Source: the human T2T-CHM13v2.0 reference genome, Homo sapiens | DNA: 64,000 bases | Reading direction: 5' to 3' (one strand) | NCBI RefSeq assembly: GCF_009914755.1 | Contig: NC_060928.1 | Shown: positions 57,731 to 64,000 of the stretch, in pieces | Layout: every line of letters begins with the position of its first letter | Position numbering within the stretch: position 1 is the first letter of the stretch | The notes under the pieces: model-generated | What the model saw: the letters and a program-made list of their open reading frames with translations, nothing else | Databases searched by the model: none | What the model was told of the DNA's origin: nothing | Translations under genes and position numbers: made by a program

Positions 57731-58351
57731 TAAAGTTACATGGAGTGTGCCTGCCTCTCCTGTCTCCCCTCCCACCTCCTCCACTTCTTCCACCTCTGCC
57801 ACCCCGAGACAGAAAGACCAGCCCCTCCCCGTCCTCCTCCTCCCCCTCAGCCTACTCAATGTGAAGATGAGGATGAAGGTGATTATGATGATCCACTTCC
57901 ACTTAATAAATATTAAATGTATTTTCTCTTCCTTATGATTAATAATATTTTCTTTCTCTAGCTTACTTCATTGTAAGAATACAGTATAACATACATAAAA
58001 CATAAAAAATACGGTTAATCGACTGTTCATGTTATTGGTAAGGCTTCCTAGCAACAGCAGGCTAACAGTAGTTAAGTTTTGGGGAGTCAAAAGTTATACA
58101 TGGATTTTTGACTACATGGGCGTTGGCACCCTTCACCCTCACGTTGTTCAAGTATTAGACTCCTTGATGCCAAGATGTCAAATGAGTCTAGAGCCATATG
58201 GAAATTTTCTATGATCAAGAGTGAACACTTGTGTCTCTCACCTTAAACATTCTCTGGCCAGCAGGCCAGTAAGGCAGTGGAAAGATCAAAAGGAGGATTT
58301 CCCATTGGCACCCGCTCACCTTACGCTCTCATCCTAAGGTCAAAAATCATC

Positions 58352-58557
58352 CAGTGATTTTCAACAGCAGTAATCATGCCCTCATGCCCAGGAGCCACGG
58401 AAACAGGGGAAGGAAGGAAGTTGGGGTCACAAGGACTTGGGCAGCAGAAGATATTTGTTGATAAAGCTGATAAATGTTTTGAAATCCCAAGGACAGTTCT
58501 GCATAATGAAGAATTGTCCCAGCCAAAATGTGAGTAATGTCCTGTTGAGAAACCTGG
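58352..58557 (+). mobile_element. Degenerate hAT-Charlie MITE (MER20/MER112-like)
   Basis: cagtgattttcaac...gaattgtcccagccaaaatg...gttgagaaacctg. Confidence 0.55.
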
Positions 58558-59680
58558 ATATTATGTGTGGCTTGAGCTTACTTTATAGATGCAGTCCTCT
58601 TACTTATCAGGAAATGCTCAAGATGCCTGTGCTAGGCCTGACCTAGCTGAGCTGTTGACTTGAATGTGCAGAAGGAAGTCCTAATGGTACATGAGCACCT
58701 CTCACACCATTCAGAGATTTCCTCAGATTGGATCACTCTGTCTAGTTTCTGTCATTTCTAAATACTTCAAAAAGTTACAAGTACCAAAGGCAGGGGAGCA
58801 TCGGCAGAGATGGGGTCACAGTGGGTATTCTTTATAAAAATTTTGTCTAATCTGTACCACAGACTTGGAAGAAAGGCTTTGTTGGACATTAAGGTGAGCA
58901 GGGCTCATGCCCATACAGGTGGCTAGCTAAGGAAAACGATGCTTCACAGTGTCCTGCCTGTGAGTCAGCAGGGCTGGACTCTACACAGCAATGTACACTC
59001 GGATCCCTGACTTTGTTAGCACATTGAAAATAATTTAGTCTCTCAGGAGTGGATCACACAAATCATGATCACTGACACTCATTGCACTTCACTTTCAGAT
59101 TGTCCTTGCCAACAGAGAACTGCATTCCCTTCATGGAGGCAACCTAAGTGTAAAGTCACCTTATTAGAATTAACTTGACATCCTTCACCCCACTTTGAAC
59201 ATTCAAAGATCAATATAATTTCGTAGGATAATCCCACTCCTAGGAATGCATTTCTCTTTATTTTGCCTCATGAAAATCCCATGCAATACTTCCTTCAAAG
59301 CAAAATGCAAAGGCTATTCTTTTGAAGCTCATTTTATTACTTGATTTGCTTCACCCTGAACACCTAATGCTCGTCAATAGTTCCATTCCTGTGTCACTTA
59401 GCATGGACTATATTCCATTCTAGTCATTTAAGAATATCTCATTTTCTCTACTCAATTGTAATCTTTTTGAAGGCAACAGCCATAATCATAAATTAATTTT
59501 TACAAAGAACCTAGGGTAGCAGGTATCAAAAAAAGGCTATCAAATTATGAGAATCTTTGCCTTAGAAGATGAAAAATACTTGGGAGATGAAATAATAAGT
59601 TTGAGTCAAATTAGGTGGACTATTAAATGGTAACATTAAAAGTGAAGTCTGACTTGGACTCTCAGTCTTAACTCTAGATT

Positions 59681-59803
59681 AGTGGTTCTCCACCAGGGCT
59701 GTTTTGCTTCTCAGGGGACATTTGGTAATGTCTGGAGATATTTTCGTTTGTGGTAGAGAGATCAAGAGTACTTCTAAATAGCTTATAATGCAGAGGACAG
59801 CCC

Positions 59804-59854
<51 letters not shown>

Positions 59855-59897
59855 CTGACCCAAAATGTTAATAGCATCAAGATGGAAAATATCTGTT
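59681..59897 (+). mobile_element. MER20 (hAT-Charlie) containing (CA)n
   Basis: agtggttctccaccaggg...ggggacatttggtaatgtctggagata...aggacagccc...cccaaaatgttaatag; (CA)n at 59807-59852. Confidence 0.85.
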
Positions 59898-60698
59898 CTA
59901 AATCTACCAAATTAATTTCTTTTTTCTTGTTTTCATGGGCTAGCTAAGTTTAAGGACCTATGGAGTCCACTGAGGATATTCTTTTTAGGTAATCTCAATG
60001 TTGCAGAAAGCGTCATTATTATCTTTACCATCATTATCATCATAACCATCGTCAGCTTCAACAGCAGCAACACTTCATCAAAATTAAATATTGTGATAGT
60101 TTGAGAAATTTTAGGGAAACTAGAGCATAATCTTCACAATTCTGAAACTCAGGGATGAAAACTGTGTGTGCAGTAATCTTAGAACTATTGAATACTAGAT
60201 TAGGGGGAAACTGAGAGGGCAGCTGTCATTATTTCTGTCATTTCAAACATTGGCATCACTAGTACATCTAGCACCTTCCATTCAAAGATGAGATTAGAGG
60301 AAAAACTATTTTAGAGTCAAAGATTTTTCCTTGTAGGTACATATTTTGTAGAGAACAAAGTTCTCTATCTTTCCTGTATCATGATCTATGCATCTTAAAA
60401 AGTGTCAAGAAATTTCTTTCTATTTAATTCAGTTTTTTTCTGGTTGGATCCCAAAGCATTTTTTTTTTTGGTTTGCTCCTCTATGAAGCTTTTCTCTGCC
60501 TATTCTGTATAACAACTGTTTACAGGTTTAGAAATGCATGAGCAAATGTTTTTGCAACCTTCTCTTCCTGAGGAAAAATAATCAAGTGACCTTATCACAG
60601 CCTCCTGGTATCCATCCTTATTTTGTCCCTGTCAGTTTATTCATCTGTCCCCTCTCTTAATTTCTTGGTTCCTTTAACCTATGTATCTGTAGTCTGCA

Positions 60699-60708
60699 AC
60701 ACACACAG

Positions 60709-60745
<37 letters not shown>
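60699..60745. repeat. (CA)n microsatellite
   Basis: CA run. Confidence 0.95.
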
Positions 60746-60746
<1 letters not shown>

Positions 60747-61516
60747 CCCTCTACAGGACAGTTATACAAAAATGCAAAATGAAAGAAGTGGAGAATAGAG
60801 TATTTACGCAATGAAAAAAAGCTGAATCCTAGAATAATGAATAAAGAGAATTGTGGGTTCAGATTTTCAAAGTATCCTTAGCTTAGTGACAGTGAATGGA
60901 AACAACTGCTATGTTGAATGACAGAATGATTCAATGAACTTGAGTTCTTTCACTCTGGGCCGCCTCAATTTCTGCCTCTGTTTCTGTCTCTTGAGCAAGA
61001 ATGGTGTAGGTTTCATAATAAGCATGGATTACTGAATAGATGTCAGGAAGAGAATATTTGTCCTCTAAATCAAGTATTCAATTGACTTTCTATAGATCTG
61101 GCATGAACTATGATGTAGTCCAAGAATTAAAAACTTTTAAAGTAGTTGTAGAAAATGGTTTCTCAGTCGTCCAGTTTTTCAGGTTTGCCAGTCCCAAGTG
61201 TATTAGCAAAATTCTGTAAATGCGAATTATAGAGTTAAAAACACTAGAAGAGGAGGAAAAAATAGGTAGTGGTGGATGAAAATTTTGTGCAATTGATAAG
61301 AAAAATTTTTATCTAGGCTCTCCAGGAACCAGCTAACTGACTTGGGCTGCTCACTAGCCCTGTCTGGGTCTTAATGTCTTTGTCCTTAAAAGGGAATATA
61401 TGGTGTTCATCTGCTGCCAGTAGTATCATATGTCATTAATCTTTTGGGTTCCCATATGGCTCTAGATATGATGCATTTTGATGTCCTATAAAATGGGACA
61501 TGTTAAAAGTTATATA

Positions 61517-63415
61517 TGAAAGCACAAATTACTAACATCAACAACGAAAGAGGGACCATTACTACAAACCCCATGGACACTAAAAGGATAGTAAAGGGAT
61601 ATTGTAAAAAATTCTATGCCCACAAATTTGATAACTTAGATGAAATGGACCAATTCTTTGAAAAATACAATCTACCAAAACTCACACAAGAAGAAATAAA
61701 CAAGCTGAATAAGTTCAGAAATTGAATTAAATTACAAAAGAAATTGAATCAATAATTAATCATCTAAAACAGAAAACACCAGGTCCAGATGGATTTACTG
61801 GACAATTCTGCTAAACATTTAAGAAATAAATTTTACCAGTTCTCTACAATCTCTTCTAGATGCCAAAAGCAGATGGAATACTTTCTCGCTTACTCTGTAA
61901 AGCCAGCATTACTCTAATACCATACCAGACAGACCTTTGGAAATGTAAGAAAAGAAAATGTAAGAAAGTGCCAATATCTGTCATGAGCACAGCTGCTAAG
62001 GTCCTCAGTAAAATACTAGAAAATTTCATCCAGCAATGTATAAAAAGAATCATACACCACAGAAAATGGATTTATCCCAGGTACTCAAGGCTTGCTTAAC
62101 ATTTGCAAACCAATCAGTGTATTCCATCACAATCAACAGGCCAAAGAAATAAAAATCACATGAACATATCAATAGATACAGAAAACACATTTGACAAGGT
62201 CCAACACAAATTTATAATGAAAATCTCTCAGTAAACTAGAATAGATAAAGAATTTCTTCAACTTTATAAAGAATATCTACAAAAAAAAACTACAGCTAAC
62301 AACACTTAATGGTGAGAAACCCAAAGCTTTTCCGAAAATATTGAAAATAAGGAAACAAGGCAAGGATGTATGCTCTTACTACTGCTTTTCAATATTTTAC
62401 TAGAAGTCTTTGCTCATGTAATAAGGCAAAAAAAAAGAAAAAAAGAAAAAAAGAAAATGTGTACAGATTGGGAAAGAAGAAATAAAACTGCCTTTGCAGA
62501 TAATATGATTGTCTATGTAGAAAATCCAAAAAAAATGGACAAAAAAAATTCCTGGAACTAATAAGCAATTACAACAATATTGCAGAATACATGGTTAATA
62601 TGCAAAAGTCAATGAACAAGTGGAATATAAACTTTAAAACAATAACATTTACATTAGCATCCTCAAGAAAGAAATACTTAGGCGTAAGTCTAACAATTTA
62701 TATACAAGATCAATATGAGGAAAACTACAAAACTTTGATAAATGAAGTTAAAGAATAAATAAATACATACATCAATAAATAATTAGGGAAATATTCCATT
62801 TTCATAAATAGCCCCAATATTGTCAAGATGCCAGCTTATCTCAACTTGACCTATAGATTTAATATAATCCCAATCTAAATCCCAAGTAGTTTGGATATAT
62901 CTATAAACTGATTCTAAAGGTTATATGGAGAGAGAAAAGAGCCAGAATAGTTAACAGATTATTGAAGGAGAAGAACAAGGTTGGACAGGCACTAGTCGAC
63001 TACAACCTACTATAAATCTGCAGTAATCAATACAGTGTGATATTGGTGAAGGAGTAGTCAACTAGATCAGTGGAACAGAACAGAGAGACCAGAAATAGGT
63101 TCACATAAATATAGTCAAGTAATCTTTGACAAAGGAAACAGGCAATACGATGAAGAAAATATAGTCTTTTCAATAAATGGTGCTGGAACAACTGATCATC
63201 CATGTGCAAACAAATAAATAAATAAATCATGACACAGGCCATACACACTTCACAAAAATTAACTCAGTGTGGATTATAGACATGAATGTAAACTGCAAAA
63301 TTATAAAACTCCTACATATAACATAGAAAACAATCTAGATGATCCTGGGTTTGGTAATGACTTTTTAGATGTAACACTAAGGGTGCAATACATGAAAAAA
63401 AGAATTGATGAAGTG
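61517..63415 (+). mobile_element. Old L1M ORF2 fragment
   Basis: ORF2 peptides QITNINNERGTITTNP..KFDNLDEMDQF.EKYNLPKLTQEEI; FADNMIVYVENP (RT FADD-motif relic); many stops and frameshifts. Confidence 0.9.
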
Positions 63416-63439
63416 TCCCTTTGAGAAAGATGTTGTTTT

Positions 63440-64000
63440 TTAGTGTGCTTCAGCCATTTGAAAATAGCAAGATAGTGCATACAGATCAACTCTGTGAGCT
63501 TTAGTTAAAGAAGAAAAATGAGAATCCACTGGAATAATGAAAGACACTTCAGATCCCAGGGAGAAGAACGTTGGCAAACAGCCCCCTTGATGTTGTCCAG
63601 CTGATAAAAATGAGTGAAACCCCAGTATATGAGAGAGGTAGAGAGCCTCCCCCTGGCTCACCTTTCCACTGGGGAGCTGAGCAACCCAGGCCAAGGGAGG
63701 CCACATTATTTCTCTGAAGCCCTGGAGCTAACTTGAGGAGAGGCTTAGAGATGCTGTGAGGGAAAGACACTGAGGAAAGCTTCAGACATTTTCCCAAACC
63801 CAGGACTGAGAACAAGATACCATTTTTAATCCAGGAGCATACATGGTCAGCTATTCTTAGGTGATCTGGCAGCATGGTCATGCAGGCATTTAAGTTTCCG
63901 GCCAGATACTGGAACATTTGCTCTGGAGTAGGGTAGGGACTTCCACAACCAGAACTGTGGAAAGTTTGTCAGCAGTAGGCACTGGAATTATGCTTTCTCT
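63440..64000 (+). mobile_element. L1M (L1MA-type) 5' UTR-like sequence running off the window end
   Basis: Abrupt GC rise after the ORF2 fragment; ccactggggagctgagcaacccaggccaaggga...ccctggagctaacttg resembles L1M1/M2 5' ends as recalled. Confidence 0.55.

Larger units (their letters stand above)
55181..58152 (+). mobile_element. Tigger2 (pogo-family) DNA transposon, internally deleted, interrupted by MST LTRs
   Basis: TA then left TIR cagttgatccttgaacaac; right end gttgttcaag (TIR clipped); transposase relic inside. Confidence 0.88.

Overview
This window is AT-rich primate (human-like) nuclear DNA that reads as intergenic or deep-intronic. I find no recognisable protein-coding gene, RNA gene, CpG island or CRISPR array, and the ORF track is mostly translation of repeats (Alu, L1, THE1 internal region, Tigger2, microsatellites). 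Retroelements make up much of the window: about 19 Alu or FLAM copies (many with target-site duplications, TSDs), several L1 fragments, a two-LTR THE1C-like MaLR provirus, several solo LTRs, and MIR and L2 relics. DNA transposons include hAT-Charlie MITEs and an internally deleted Tigger2 carrying nested MSTB LTRs. The most unusual features are four minisatellites: a 149-bp x4 array built from an Alu/flank junction, a MIR-like 45-bp array, an E-box-rich 36-38-bp array and a 33-bp array. Also notable are a chain of consensus-flanked candidate exons on the minus strand (possible spliced lncRNA), an L1 with a probable micro 3' transduction, and a paired AP-1 site. Repeat subfamily names come from my recall of consensus sequences, not a database search, and the boundaries of old repeats are approximate. 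I do not see convincing evidence of a novel biological system.
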